DNA from: Candidatus Nomurabacteria bacterium
GTDB taxonomy: Bacteria > Patescibacteriota > Minisyncoccia > Phycocordibacterales > UBA9973
Length of the DNA: 64,000 nt
Direction of reading: 5' to 3'
NCBI GenBank assembly: GCA_023267375.1
Contig: JAHFNJ010000001.1
Location: 85,878-149,877, forward strand
The translations under genes and the position numbers were made by a program. The notes beneath the pieces were generated by a model, which saw only the letters and a program-made list of their open reading frames with translations, was not told the origin of the DNA and ran no database searches. Positions 46,898 to 61,534 of this stretch are shown piece by piece; the stretch's first letter is position 1, and every line of letters begins with the position of its first letter.

Positions 46898-48154
46898 TTA
46901 GTTGGCACGTTCAAGTGCCCAGTTAGTTTGTTTAGCAAAAATTGCACGGTAGACAGCCTTGCAGAGCCACATAGGGGCCAATGTTGCAGAGAGCACAAAG
47001 AAATACGCAATGCCCATTGTGGGACGCATCTTTCCTTCAACCATCTTCCTGCCGAGCAATAGTGAAAATAGAAGCGCCAGGGAGAGCAGTACTGCAATCA
47101 AGTTGATAGCCGCGGTATTTATGAAAAACCAATCAAACGCATGGATATGTAATAGTGAAGAAAAACCTACAGCATTGACCTGCGCGATCTTATCAATGAC
47201 CATTGTAACAATAGTATAGAGAAGCGACGTAAAAACATAAATAACAGTAAGGATAGAAATCACTCCTGCCGGTAACGCAAAGAAACCAATATTGCCATAC
47301 TTTTTATTGAAAAAGAGTTCGCGGTAATCGGCGGCATTCTTGAGAAAGCCGTAGATCCAGCGCACGCGCTGACGGTACAATTTTGCAATCGTGTCGGGAC
47401 TGGTCGTATACACATATGCGTCAGGACAATGCTCGATCGTGTAGTGATGTTTTTGCATGCGAAGGGCAATTTCCTGATCTTCAGTATTGTGTGCTTTTTT
47501 ATACGGACCAAGATTTTCAAATACCGATTTGCGGAAAATAGAAAATGGTCCAGGAGTGACGTAGATACCTCCAAGAAATCCCTGCATTTTTTTCATAAAC
47601 ACACCGAAATCATATTCTGCTTTTTGCGCTTTCTGGAGAACATTTTTTGGTTGATGCACCACTACCGCAGGCGCTACTGCCATGACTTTCTGATCGACAA
47701 AGTACGTCATGATGCGTTTCAATGCTTCGGGATGCACAAATGAATCTGCATCGAGCCCACCGACAAATTCAGCAGTCGCACGCTCGAGTCCCAGGTTCAT
47801 TGCAGTATGTTTACCGCCATTTTCCTTGCGGAACATCTGGATATTGGAATAATTTTTAAAACGTTCAAGCACATTCCATGTGCCATCAGTAGAACCATCG
47901 TCAACTAAAATAATTTCCAACTTATCTTGCGGATAATTGAGATTTAAAAGTGAGCGGATCGTTTTGTACGCTGTTTTTTCTTCGTTATAGCACGGCACAA
48001 TGATTGAAACTTTCGGATATTTCTTAAGTGTGATGTCTTCTTTACGAATCACAATCTGCTTGCGTTTATCAAAAAAAGTGACAATCAAAAAGACCTGTAT
48101 AAAAATAGACAGGAAGGTGAACACATAGAAAATGGCGTTTGGCACAGTAACCAT
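46898..48154 (-). CDS. Family 2 glycosyltransferase, processive membrane-embedded type
   Basis: VSIIVPCYNEE, LVDDGSTDGT, a DAD-like motif, and QRVRWIYG (QxxRW). C-terminal TM helices. Confidence 0.8.
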   Translation of the reverse strand: MVTVPNAIFYVFTFLSIFIQVFLIVTFFDKRKQIVIRKEDITLKKYPKVSIIVPCYNEEKTAYKTIRSLLNLNYPQDKLEIILVDDGSTDGTWNVLERFKNYSNIQMFRKENGGKHTAMNLGLERATAEFVGGLDADSFVHPEALKRIMTYFVDQKVMAVAPAVVVHQPKNVLQKAQKAEYDFGVFMKKMQGFLGGIYVTPGPFSIFRKSVFENLGPYKKAHNTEDQEIALRMQKHHYTIEHCPDAYVYTTSPDTIAKLYRQRVRWIYGFLKNAADYRELFFNKKYGNIGFFALPAGVISILTVIYVFTSLLYTIVTMVIDKIAQVNAVGFSSLLHIHAFDWFFINTAAINLIAVLLSLALLFSLLLGRKMVEGKMRPTMGIAYFFVLSATLAPMWLCKAVYRAIFAKQTNWALERAN

Positions 48155-48273
48155 AAGGGTTTTTTAACTGAGCACTCATTTTAGCATAAAAAGCTCTTAT
48201 TTTCAACCTGAACATTGACTTGTATAAATATTTGTGTTAACATGTAAACGTATGAGTTCCTCGATATTTAAGA

Positions 48274-48323
48274 TTTTATTGGTTACCAGAGGAGGCATTC
48301 CCTTTTGTGGTAACCAATAAAAT
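48274..48323. promoter_or_regulatory. 16-bp perfect inverted repeat (ATTTTATTGGTTACCA / TGGTAACCAATAAAAT) with an 18-nt GAGGAGG-containing spacer, 11 nt upstream of the methyltransferase ATG
   Basis: Perfect palindrome arms at 48274-48289 and 48308-48323. Candidate operator or regulatory hairpin. Confidence 0.4.
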
Positions 48324-48333
48324 ATAAAAAATT

Positions 48334-49101
48334 ATGGATATTCTCCTTGTTACAATAGGAACACTTGTTAGTGTTCTATACGCTTGGGGATACTCCAAGC
48401 TTGATTACATGTTTGATAGAAGTGAAATTGCCAGATTTTTAAGAAAATTAATTTGGCAAAAAAGTACAGATTCATTAAACATGAAAACGTACCAGCTCAT
48501 AATTAATGATTATAAGCAAGCGATTCATGCTGAAACGATAGATCAACCTTTCATCTCAAATTTTTTAAACTATCTTAATCCTAAATCTAAAATACTAGAT
48601 TATGGATGTGGTGGGGGTACACTAACTGCAAACCTTAACCAGCAAGGGTACTCGTGTGTGGGATCTGATATTTCAAACGACTTTCTGTCTGTTGCGAAAG
48701 AAACATATCCTAACATTGAGTACTTGAATGCTGATAGTGAAAAATTAGTGAAGGAGGGATTTATATGTGATGGCATCATTGCTGCGTATTCATTAATTCA
48801 TCTGCAAAAAATCATGATTGGCCATGTTCTTGCGGATTTTAGAAAACTCATGCCGAAGGGAGGATATTTATATCTTGCCCTGCAGTGCGACTCTTCAGAT
48901 ACATTATGTATAGGAAGTGAAGGCAAGTTTCCGGTTCCTTACAGGCCAGAACTTGCATTGTTTCTCAATCTATTTTCAGATGATGAAATACGTATTGGTC
49001 TTAACTTGGAAGGATTTGAGGTTGTAGAAATACAACACAGAAACCCAGTTGAGAATGAGTTTCCTTTTAGGAAAATGTTTGTAATAGCTAAATGTGTTTA
49101 A
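48334..49101 (+). CDS. Class I SAM-dependent methyltransferase
   Basis: ILDYGCGGGTLT (motif I), then a spaced acidic motif II and the rest of the Rossmann fold. Confidence 0.75.
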   Translation: MDILLVTIGTLVSVLYAWGYSKLDYMFDRSEIARFLRKLIWQKSTDSLNMKTYQLIINDYKQAIHAETIDQPFISNFLNYLNPKSKILDYGCGGGTLTANLNQQGYSCVGSDISNDFLSVAKETYPNIEYLNADSEKLVKEGFICDGIIAAYSLIHLQKIMIGHVLADFRKLMPKGGYLYLALQCDSSDTLCIGSEGKFPVPYRPELALFLNLFSDDEIRIGLNLEGFEVVEIQHRNPVENEFPFRKMFVIAKCV

Positions 49102-49104
49102 CCA

Positions 49105-49139
49105 GGACTGCAAATTAAAATGCAGTCCTTTTTATTTTC
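49105..49139. terminator. Rho-independent terminator, with a second palindromic hairpin at 49155-49177
   Basis: AGGACTGCAAATTAAAATGCAGTCCTTTTTATTTT, then the perfect palindrome TTAGGAAGGAC-T-GTCCTTCCTAA. Both lie between the convergent methyltransferase and rpoD. Confidence 0.7.
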
Positions 49140-49179
49140 CCAAATCACATTTTTTAGGAAGGACTGTCCTTCCTAAGGG

Positions 49180-50460
49180 TTAGTCAAAATAATTTTTGAG
49201 TCTCGATATCTTATCATTATCTCGAAGCTTGTCATGCACCTTCGCTTCAATCTGACGAATACGTTCACGAGTAACGCCAAACTCCTGCCCTACTTCTTCA
49301 AGCGTGTGTTGAATACCGTCTGAGAGTCCATACCGGAGTTCAAGAATCTTTCGTTCTTTTGGAGAAAGTTCATTCAATACTTCACGAATCTGGTCAGAGA
49401 GAATACGGCGTGAAGCGTCTTGGTCGGGACGGAGAATCTTGTCATCAGGAATAAATTCACCGAGGGTTGATTTCTCATCGTCATCACCGATTGGCTGTTC
49501 GAGTGAGCGAGTTTCTTGATTGATGTTTTCAATCACGTGTACTTTTTCTACTTCAATACCCATCTCCGTTGCAATTTCTTCAGCCAATGGTTCGCGTCCC
49601 AAGTCTTGCGACAAACGGCGTACAACCTGTTTATATTTTGAAATTGTCTCAACCATGTGCACTGGAATACGAATCGTGCGAGATTGGTCTGCAAGTGCGC
49701 GGGTAATAGACTGACGGATCCACCAAGTAGCGTAGGTTGAGAATTTGTAACCCTTTGTCCAGTCGAATTTTTCTACCGCTTTAAAAAGACCTAAGTTCCC
49801 TTCTTGAATGAGGTCAAGGAGTGTGAGGTCAGAACTACGACCAACATACTTTTTCGCAATAGACACCACAAGACGGAGGTTTGCACGAGCAAGCAAATTT
49901 TTTGCTTCTTCATCCCCTTTTTCAATACGCTTTGCAAGCTCTTTTTCCATCGAAGCTGGGATGAGCGGATACTGACCGATCTCTTTCAAGTAAATCTGAA
50001 TAGAGTCGTAGGCTGGTGATTCGCGGAGAATCTTCTCCCCTTTGGCATCCGTGCCATCCATGTCGAGCAAGTTTCCGCCTTCGAGCACATCAACGCCAGC
50101 AACAGAAAGCTTCTCATAGAGTTCATCGAGGAACAAGATGTTTGATTCGATATCAGGAAATGTCTTTAGGATCTCATCGTAGGTGATGAAGCCGCGCTTT
50201 TTACCGCGAGCAATCAGCTCTTCTGCTTTTTTTTCAAGCTGCTCAGATTTATTGAGCGTACTCTTTGCCTTGGTGTGCGACACGGAAGAGAGATTGATGC
50301 GTTTCTTCTCTTTGGCTGTTTGTTTTACAACCTTCTTCTGGTGCTTCACCACCGGCTTTGGCTTTTTGACAGCTTTTGGCTTCGGCTTCGGCTTCGCTTT
50401 TGGTTTTGCTTTTGGCTTTACCACTTTCTTTACGATTTTTTTCTTAGTATTTTTTGGCAT
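49180..50460 (-). CDS. rpoD: RNA polymerase primary sigma factor (sigma-70)
   Basis: Regions 1.2 to 4 are recognisable (e.g. [28 protein letters not shown]). The N-terminal ~60 aa is a Lys/Pro-rich repeat ([16 protein letters not shown]). The gene is 19 nt downstream of dnaG. Confidence 0.9.
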   Translation of the reverse strand: MPKNTKKKIVKKVVKPKAKPKAKPKPKPKAVKKPKPVVKHQKKVVKQTAKEKKRINLSSVSHTKAKSTLNKSEQLEKKAEELIARGKKRGFITYDEILKTFPDIESNILFLDELYEKLSVAGVDVLEGGNLLDMDGTDAKGEKILRESPAYDSIQIYLKEIGQYPLIPASMEKELAKRIEKGDEEAKNLLARANLRLVVSIAKKYVGRSSDLTLLDLIQEGNLGLFKAVEKFDWTKGYKFSTYATWWIRQSITRALADQSRTIRIPVHMVETISKYKQVVRRLSQDLGREPLAEEIATEMGIEVEKVHVIENINQETRSLEQPIGDDDEKSTLGEFIPDDKILRPDQDASRRILSDQIREVLNELSPKERKILELRYGLSDGIQHTLEEVGQEFGVTRERIRQIEAKVHDKLRDNDKISRLKNYFD

Positions 50461-50479
50461 ATATAAAATTTGTTTCCTA

Positions 50480-52195
50480 TTATCGACTTTCTTGTTTTAA
50501 GCTATTAATGCGTGCTGATAATTTTTGACATGTTTCTAATATTTCCCGCGCCCGCTCGGTTTTCCCTGAAGCTTCTGCGATCCGAAGTTCGGCGAGCAGC
50601 ATTGAAAATTGATTTCCTAGAATTTCCCGCTCAAGACCATTTAAGAGTCCTTTGCTATCAAGCGAGAGTGTCGGACGATCACGGTAATACATTTCTGTTT
50701 TCAAAATGAGCCCTTCTTTTTCTTTCTCTGACAACATACTGATTTTCTGCTCTACCCCTACACCGATAATCGCTTCGTATTTCTTCTCAAGGTCAGCTAT
50801 ATCGACAGTGGGCGTTGTTAGTGTCTTCTGCCACAAGAGAATTCCCACAAGCGTATTTTCGATGCTATGCGAGGCTTCTTTGTGTGGAATATTCACCGGC
50901 GGACCACCACGATCCTCCTCTGTGAAGCTTGGTATTTTTTTAAGCTCAGCCGCTACAACGTCTTCAGGCGTACCGATAGCACCCGCGATGACATGAACAA
51001 AATGTGCTTGATCAATGGAATTGCTGATCGCTGCCACATAGGGCAAAACGCGCTTCGAGACTTCCATTTTAAAGGTGCGCTCATCATAGCCCATCTCCCT
51101 CAAATGTTCAAGATAGAAATCAACGATGTGCATCCCGTGCGCCACAGCATCTTTCCAGATGGCAGGATCTTTCAAAATCGCTTCTGCGGGATCAATCCCC
51201 TTCGGCAATTTGATAATCTTCACATCCATACCGAAAGTAAGGGCTCCACGCACACCGCGTTCGGAAGCACGAAGTCCGGCAGAGTCAGCATCGAACGCAA
51301 GCAATAACTTGTCGGTAAAACGTTTGATAAGCGACAAGTGCATATCAGTAAGTGCTGTACCTGAAACCGCGACAACGTTTTTGGTACCTGACTGATGCGC
51401 CATCAAGAGATCCATCTGGCCTTCAACTAAGATACAGGCACCTTCTTTCAGAAATGCAGTCTTTGCTTTATCGTAGCCGAATAAAATAGCAGATTTGTTA
51501 TAGAGCATTGTCTCAGGCGAGTTCACGTACTTCGCCATTTCTTTTTCGCCCGCTTTCGGTTCCGGATAAACACGCCCAGAAAATCCGACTACTTTCCCCT
51601 GTGAATTCGCAATCGGAAACATGATACGTCCGCGGAATCGATCGTAGAGACCATTGTTTCCAGGAATACCGAGCCCAGCTTTTTCGATCGAAGCATCGCG
51701 TACGCCTTTCCCTGAAAGATATGAAACAAGCGGCGTCCAGCCATCAGGAGCATAGCCGACACGAAATTCTTTTATAGTCTCATCGGTCAGTCCGCGTTTC
51801 TTTAAATACGCAAGCGCATCTTTATGACGAGGCAATTCTGCTTCGTAGAAACGAGTTGCATCTTCAAGTACTTTAAAGAGCAGTGATTCTTCGCTCTTCC
51901 CTTCGGTATCTTCTCTGGTTAACGTGACACCTGCGCGGTCAGCCAAAAGACGCAGCGCTTCCTTGAAAGCAATACCTTCAATCTCTTCAACGAAACTGAA
52001 AATATCTCCGCCCTTGCCGCAGCCGAAGCAATGATAGCTCCCTCGCGCCGGCGAAACAAAAAATGATGCCGATTTTTCATTATGAAAGGGACAGCGCGCT
52101 TTGAAATACGCGCCGGCCTTTTCAAGTTTCAGATACGACGAAACAACGTCCGTAATAGTCAGATGCTCTTTAATTTTTTCTACGGGAGAAGACAT
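50480..52195 (-). CDS. dnaG: DNA primase
   Basis: Zinc-binding domain [30 protein letters not shown] and TOPRIM motifs ([17 protein letters not shown]). Confidence 0.9.
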   Translation of the reverse strand: MSSPVEKIKEHLTITDVVSSYLKLEKAGAYFKARCPFHNEKSASFFVSPARGSYHCFGCGKGGDIFSFVEEIEGIAFKEALRLLADRAGVTLTREDTEGKSEESLLFKVLEDATRFYEAELPRHKDALAYLKKRGLTDETIKEFRVGYAPDGWTPLVSYLSGKGVRDASIEKAGLGIPGNNGLYDRFRGRIMFPIANSQGKVVGFSGRVYPEPKAGEKEMAKYVNSPETMLYNKSAILFGYDKAKTAFLKEGACILVEGQMDLLMAHQSGTKNVVAVSGTALTDMHLSLIKRFTDKLLLAFDADSAGLRASERGVRGALTFGMDVKIIKLPKGIDPAEAILKDPAIWKDAVAHGMHIVDFYLEHLREMGYDERTFKMEVSKRVLPYVAAISNSIDQAHFVHVIAGAIGTPEDVVAAELKKIPSFTEEDRGGPPVNIPHKEASHSIENTLVGILLWQKTLTTPTVDIADLEKKYEAIIGVGVEQKISMLSEKEKEGLILKTEMYYRDRPTLSLDSKGLLNGLEREILGNQFSMLLAELRIAEASGKTERAREILETCQKLSARINSLKQESR

Positions 52196-52267
52196 ATTTG
52201 CAATAAACCTCTACCCTCATCTCTTCACGTTAGAGTTGTACGTGAAGAGATTTTTCTACTTCCCTTT

Positions 52268-55945
<3,678 letters not shown>

Positions 55946-55978
55946 AGTTTTTTGAGATTAAAGATTAATAATAATGAA

Positions 55979-58900
55979 TTAATTTTTAATCTTTGTTTTT
56001 ATGAGCTCGACATCAAGCGAGAGACCGCGCAAGTAGTTCAACATCACAGAAAATGATGCAGGAGCATTTGGCGCCTCGATTTTTTGGCCCTTAATAATAG
56101 AGTCGAATGTCTGGGATCGACCGGCGATATCGTCAGACTTAATAGTGATCATTTCACGAAGCACGTGAGCAGCTCCATACCCTTCGAGCGCCCACACTTC
56201 CATTTCTCCGAAACGCTGTCCTCCGCCTTGTGCCTTACCGCCCAATGGCTGCTGCGTAATGAGTGAGTATGAACCAATCGAACGCATGTGAATCTTATCT
56301 TCAACCATGTGGTGGAGTTTCAAGACGTACATGTAACCAACTGCGATGTCCTGGTCAAATGCATCACCAGTACGGCCATCGTAAAGTGTCATACGTCCAT
56401 TTTCATTGAATCCTGCTTGTTTGAGTTCTGCTTTAATTTCTTCATTTGAAGCGCCAGAGAATGGTGGCACGATCGCCTGATAACCAAGCGTATTTGCAGC
56501 CATACCCAAGTGCATTTCAAGAATCTGTCCAAGGTTCATACGTGATGGCACGCCGAGCGGTGTCAAAATCACATCGACAGGAGTACCGTCTGCCATGTAT
56601 GGCATTTCTTCTTCCGGAAGAATAGTTGAGATAACACCTTTGTTACCGTGACGACCTGCGAGTTTGTCACCCACAGAAATGTTACGAACCTGCGCAACTT
56701 CAACAACGATTTTCTTGATGATGCCAGATTCCAAATTGTGTCCTTGATCGCGAGAGAAAATCTTCACGCCGATAATACGTCCACGCTTACCGTGTTCCAT
56801 ACGGAGTGATGTATCTTTCACATCACGAGCTTTTTCAGCAAAGATAGATCGGAGGAGGCGCTCTTCAGGGGTAAGTTCAGTTTCGCCCTTTGGTGTAATT
56901 TTACCGACGAGAATATCGTTTTCGCGAACTTCTGCACCGATACGAACGATGCCTTCTTCGTCGAGGTCTTTCAATTTTGTTTCACCGACGTTTGGAATGT
57001 CGCGTGTCGTGATTTCGGGTCCAAGCTTTGTATCACGAACGATACAGATAAATTCCTCAACGTGAATCGAAGTGAACTTGCTCTTCTTCACGAGACGCTC
57101 AGAGAGAATAATCGCGTCTTCGTAGTTTTGACCTGCCCATGACATGAATGCAACACAGACGTTTTGTCCGAGCGCAATTTGTCCATGATCAGACGTAGAA
57201 GTATCAGCAAGCACATCACCCTTCTTTACTTTCTGTCCGAGTGAGACAATTGGACGCTGATGGAATGCAGAGAAGTTGTTGGTACGAGAAAACGTAACGA
57301 GATTGTAGGTGTGCTCTTTTTCTCCTTTTCCTTCCAAGGTAATTTTCTTCGCATCTACATAGGTGATCGTACCGTCAAAACCAGCAACAACCAGACGTCC
57401 TGAATCTGCAGCAGCAGACTCTTCCATACCAGTTGCAACAAGCGGAGCTTCTGGAACGATACACGGCTGTGCCTGCTTTTGCATGTTTGATCCCATGAGT
57501 GCGCGAGATGCGTCATCGTGTTCCAAGAATGGAACCATTGATGTAGCAATAGAAAATGCTTGGTTTGTCGCAACGTCGATGTAGTCGATTTTTTCACGTT
57601 CAACGAAACCTGGTTCTGTTTTAATACGAGCTTCAACGCGTTCATCGAGCAATTTTCCTTTTTCGTCATACGATGCTCCTGCGTGCGCGATGTTGTACTT
57701 TTCTTCTTCAAGCGCATTTAAGTACACGATTTCACCAGTGATAACACCATTTTTTACTTTGATGTATGGAGTTTCAATAATACCGAAATCATTTACTTTC
57801 GCGTATGTAGAAAGGTGAAGAATAAGACCGATGTTCGGACCTTCTGGAGTGTGGATCGGACAGACGCGACCGTAGTGGGATGTGTGCACGTCACGAACCT
57901 CAAGACCTGCGCGTTCACGAGTAAGACCTCCGGGACCAAGCGCAGAGAGCGTACGTAAGTGTTCAAGCTCAGCCAAGATGTTTTCCTGACTCATAAATTG
58001 TGAGAGCTGGTTCGTCGTGAAAAATTCTTTGATACGAGCTTGGAGTGGGCGCTGGTTGATGATCTGAATCGGAAGCGAAGTCGCCACGTCGATAGTCGAC
58101 ATACGATCTTGAATGTTTCGCTTGATCTGAGTCATACCAACACGAATTTTCTGTTGGAGCATTTCACCTACGTAACGGACACGGCGCTGACCCAAGTGAT
58201 CAATGTCGTCTGCTTTTGCACCAGGAGTATTGTTGAGTAAACCAACATTTGAAACGATCGCAGCAACATCGTCTTTAGAGATAGTGCGGCGTTCCATTTC
58301 CTTATCACCCATGTCTTTGTCGAAACGCTTGTTGAAGCGGAAACGACCAACCGGAGAAATGTCGTAGCGTTCAGGAGAAAAGAGAGAGTCGATGAATTCT
58401 TTTGCGTTTTCAGCGGTAGCCAAATCGCCATCGCGGAGACGCTTGTAGATTTCGGAGTAGGCGTCGTTCAAATTCTTTGCAGGGTCCTTTTCGAGACAGA
58501 GCTTGATAGTCTTTTGATCAAGTTCGCCAGGAAATGCCTTGAGAATCATTTCATCGGTATGCATACCGAGTACGCGAAGAAGCGAAGTAACTGGGAACTT
58601 ACGCTTCTTGTCGATGCGGACGTAGAGCACGCCGTCAGCTTCAGATTCGATTTCAATCCATACGCCACGCGCAGGAATGATTTTTGCACCGAAGTAACGT
58701 TTACCCTTTACTTCTTGGTCTGGGAAGAAAACGCCGAAAGAACGCGCCAACTGTGGCACGATCACGCGCTCCACGCCGTTTATAATAAACGTACCGTGTG
58801 CAGTCATGAGCGGAATGTCCGCCATGAATATTTCTTGCTCCTTAAAACCACCCATTGTCTTGTTGGTGAGTTTTACTCGAGCTTTGAGCTGAGCTTCGTA

Positions 58901-59161
58901 TGAAAGTTTGTTAATCTTAGCGTATTGTTCGTCGAATTTTGGTTCTGCGAGATAGAACGATGAAAATTCGAGCTGGAACTTTTTCCCCGAATAATCGTTG
59001 ATCGGAGAAAACTCTTTAAAAACCTCTTTCAACCCTTTCTCAATGAGCCAGGTAAAAGAGGACACTTGTGTCTCAAGAAGAGACGGAAACGGAACCAAGG
59101 GCTTCTTGTACTTCGAAAAGTACTTCTTCGGACGCGCACCAGTTTCGCTGTGCATAGGCAT
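55979..59161 (-). CDS. rpoB: DNA-directed RNA polymerase subunit beta
   Basis: Rif-cluster region LSQFMSQENILAELEHLRTLSALGPGGL and many conserved rpoB blocks. The ORF as given starts at a TTG (59242); the first in-frame ATGs are at 59159-59161 and 59153-59155 (MPMHSETG...). Confidence 0.95.
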   Translation of the reverse strand: MPMHSETGARPKKYFSKYKKPLVPFPSLLETQVSSFTWLIEKGLKEVFKEFSPINDYSGKKFQLEFSSFYLAEPKFDEQYAKINKLSYEAQLKARVKLTNKTMGGFKEQEIFMADIPLMTAHGTFIINGVERVIVPQLARSFGVFFPDQEVKGKRYFGAKIIPARGVWIEIESEADGVLYVRIDKKRKFPVTSLLRVLGMHTDEMILKAFPGELDQKTIKLCLEKDPAKNLNDAYSEIYKRLRDGDLATAENAKEFIDSLFSPERYDISPVGRFRFNKRFDKDMGDKEMERRTISKDDVAAIVSNVGLLNNTPGAKADDIDHLGQRRVRYVGEMLQQKIRVGMTQIKRNIQDRMSTIDVATSLPIQIINQRPLQARIKEFFTTNQLSQFMSQENILAELEHLRTLSALGPGGLTRERAGLEVRDVHTSHYGRVCPIHTPEGPNIGLILHLSTYAKVNDFGIIETPYIKVKNGVITGEIVYLNALEEEKYNIAHAGASYDEKGKLLDERVEARIKTEPGFVEREKIDYIDVATNQAFSIATSMVPFLEHDDASRALMGSNMQKQAQPCIVPEAPLVATGMEESAAADSGRLVVAGFDGTITYVDAKKITLEGKGEKEHTYNLVTFSRTNNFSAFHQRPIVSLGQKVKKGDVLADTSTSDHGQIALGQNVCVAFMSWAGQNYEDAIILSERLVKKSKFTSIHVEEFICIVRDTKLGPEITTRDIPNVGETKLKDLDEEGIVRIGAEVRENDILVGKITPKGETELTPEERLLRSIFAEKARDVKDTSLRMEHGKRGRIIGVKIFSRDQGHNLESGIIKKIVVEVAQVRNISVGDKLAGRHGNKGVISTILPEEEMPYMADGTPVDVILTPLGVPSRMNLGQILEMHLGMAANTLGYQAIVPPFSGASNEEIKAELKQAGFNENGRMTLYDGRTGDAFDQDIAVGYMYVLKLHHMVEDKIHMRSIGSYSLITQQPLGGKAQGGGQRFGEMEVWALEGYGAAHVLREMITIKSDDIAGRSQTFDSIIKGQKIEAPNAPASFSVMLNYLRGLSLDVELIKTKIKN

Positions 59162-59440
59162 TTTTTTGCTAGCTTGCAAAATAAAAGAAGCACAAAGCGG
59201 CGAAAATTGCCTTACCATCGTAAGACATTTCGTGTTGTGCAACTTTTCTTTAGCAAGCCAAAGACTTTGCTAAAAAACCTGATAATAGAGGGATTGAATA
59301 CGCCAATAACTCAATCTTTTTCAATCGGGATGAGTATACTCTCTTTCCCTTTTCATGTCAAATGTCAAGAATCTGCATTATTGACATATGCCGCTTTTTT
59401 CTGTACTGTGAAGAAAAAAATTACTTAAAAATAAAAGCAG

Positions 59441-60076
59441 ATGAAAACAAATGAAAAAAATCCTCTTGAAAGTTCGTTCTTTCAAGAGGGGTACTGGGAG
59501 CGCATACTACCCACATTCTTCGCATTTAAACTCTTCAGGGACAGAAAGAAGGCTAAAAACCAACAGAATGTTGATATTAGTCTTGCTGTAGTTGAGATCC
59601 TTAAATATTACGGCCAAGGTAAACCTGATATTCTTGCTGCCGCTACGTTGTATTTACCGAAACGTTCTGAGGTATATATAGACCTACTAGACTTAGTTAA
59701 AGCAGGAGTTAACCCTCCTGTAAGTGACTTACTTATGGGGCTTATACCTAAAACAGAATGGAGAAAAGTAAATGCCCGTTGTGATAAAAATCCTGCGATA
59801 AGAAAAAGATGTTCCAAATTCTTATACAATCATTATCTGGAATATTTACGGGAGCAATCTGATGAAGTTATTCTCATCTTTTCTGCTTTTGCTTTATATA
59901 ATTTATTGTATCTGGCAAATGTTGAAAAATATCCGTTACTGCGAAATGACTCTCTATTCCGTGGACCCAAGAATCAGGTAATGAGATTCCATAAGCAATT
60001 TGGAAAAATCCTGGATGAAAGGACTGAGATTAAATGTGGTATTAAAGACGCTTACCGTTACGCACTCGCATATTAA
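59441..60076 (+). CDS. Hypothetical protein (211 aa)
   Basis: ATG start. No recognisable domain. Confidence 0.4.
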   Translation: MKTNEKNPLESSFFQEGYWERILPTFFAFKLFRDRKKAKNQQNVDISLAVVEILKYYGQGKPDILAAATLYLPKRSEVYIDLLDLVKAGVNPPVSDLLMGLIPKTEWRKVNARCDKNPAIRKRCSKFLYNHYLEYLREQSDEVILIFSAFALYNLLYLANVEKYPLLRNDSLFRGPKNQVMRFHKQFGKILDERTEIKCGIKDAYRYALAY

Positions 60077-60142
60077 ATGCGAGGAGAAAATAAAAGAACC
60101 TGAAACCTTACGGCAACAGGTTCTTTTAATTTTCATTTCTAT

Positions 60143-60700
60143 CTATCGTTTCTTCGCAAAGATACTACCGAGGATAAGCCCTGCCGTCCCGACAATCAAC
60201 AACGTGATCGTATTTATTTTCGGTTTATTTTGATTGGGAATACTTTCTGTATCAGATGAAATTCCATCGCCTAATTGTGCAAGGTCATCAGTCGCTTGTG
60301 AGGCAAGCGCTGTACGACTGCATAAACCTGCTTGTAAATTACCGTTTTCAGAATTAGTCCCTGCATAGACAACATATGTTTCTCCTTCAGTAAAATCAAT
60401 ACCACACATCGCACTGTTTCCAGGAGTAACTATTTGGAGTGGTGAATTAAAATCTTCTTTTGATAAACCTTTCCAGGCTTTTTCTACAATAAAGCTCACT
60501 GATTTTTGAGGTTCAAATTGCTGAGTATCCTCAACTTGCGTTACCTTCCCCATAAAAACCACATCAACATCTTTCAATTCTTCTTGTGGTGTTCCGGGAG
60601 TCATACAGGAACACGCGTATGCCTTTTGAGAAAATACTGGCGAGAGTAAAGATAGAAAAACAAATACAACAAGTGTTGGGTAAAAATTTTTGATAGACAT
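60143..60700 (-). CDS. Secreted protein with a TIMP/NTR-like CSC N-terminus after signal cleavage, and a C-terminal membrane anchor
   Basis: Signal peptide MSIKNFYPTLVVFVFLSLLSPVFSQKAYA. The predicted mature N-terminus, CSCMTPGTPQEEL, resembles the Cys-x-Cys start of the TIMP/netrin-like module. The C-terminus has the TM helix ITLLIVGTAGLILGSIF and KKR. Confidence 0.5.
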   Translation of the reverse strand: MSIKNFYPTLVVFVFLSLLSPVFSQKAYACSCMTPGTPQEELKDVDVVFMGKVTQVEDTQQFEPQKSVSFIVEKAWKGLSKEDFNSPLQIVTPGNSAMCGIDFTEGETYVVYAGTNSENGNLQAGLCSRTALASQATDDLAQLGDGISSDTESIPNQNKPKINTITLLIVGTAGLILGSIFAKKR

Positions 60701-60805
60701 GTAATTTATTTTTAGTTGATTAAGCTTATAAAATTATTGATTCTTTTTTGTTTTCCACTCCTCTACCCCAGTAGTAGAGCAGAGCTCACTACGGGGCACA
60801 TCTTT

Positions 60806-61495
60806 TTATGATTTCTTATTTATTGATTTTTTCCAATCTTCAATGTCTTTGTGGTTTCCCGACAATAATACCTTCGGTACTTTATATTTCTTGCCTTTGT
60901 ATTCTAAAATTTCTGGGCGAGTATAGAACTCTGCGGATGAAACGCGCTCTTCCTCAAGTGATTCAAACTTACCAAGCACGCCTTGAACCTGTCGCGCAAT
61001 GGAATCGATCAAAATCATGGCTGGCAATTCGCCGCCAGTTACCACATAATCACCGATTGAAATTGCTTCAGCTTTCAATATTTTTTCTACCCGCGCATCG
61101 ATACCTTCATACCGTCCGCACAGCAAGATAATATCGGTATATTTCTTTACTGAAGTCTTTGCATACTCTGTCGTAAACTTTTTACCGCTTGGCGAAAAAT
61201 TTATAATCTTGATTTTTGCTTTTTTATTCGTAATTTTCTTTACCGCTTTCTCTACCGCCTTCAGTACTGGCTCCGCACGAATAATCATTCCGGGACCACC
61301 ACCATATGGTCGATCATCAACCACTCGAGACACATTGCCATCTGGCCAGACTTTCTTATACTTCCCCGTCACAAAATCACGTGGATTATAGAATGAAACT
61401 TTTATTTTCTTTTCTTTTATTGCTCGCGCCAAAATAGACTCTTTGAGGTATGAGTCGAAGCTTTCGGGGAATAATGTAATGACATGGAATTGCAT
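60806..61495 (-). CDS. trmD: tRNA (guanine37-N1)-methyltransferase
   Basis: MQFHVITLFPESF N-terminus. SPOUT-fold motifs (LLCGRYEGIDARV). Confidence 0.85.
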   Translation of the reverse strand: MQFHVITLFPESFDSYLKESILARAIKEKKIKVSFYNPRDFVTGKYKKVWPDGNVSRVVDDRPYGGGPGMIIRAEPVLKAVEKAVKKITNKKAKIKIINFSPSGKKFTTEYAKTSVKKYTDIILLCGRYEGIDARVEKILKAEAISIGDYVVTGGELPAMILIDSIARQVQGVLGKFESLEEERVSSAEFYTRPEILEYKGKKYKVPKVLLSGNHKDIEDWKKSINKKS

Positions 61496-61534
61496 ACTGC
61501 TAGATTACAGTTTTAAAATAAAAAAACAATGGCA

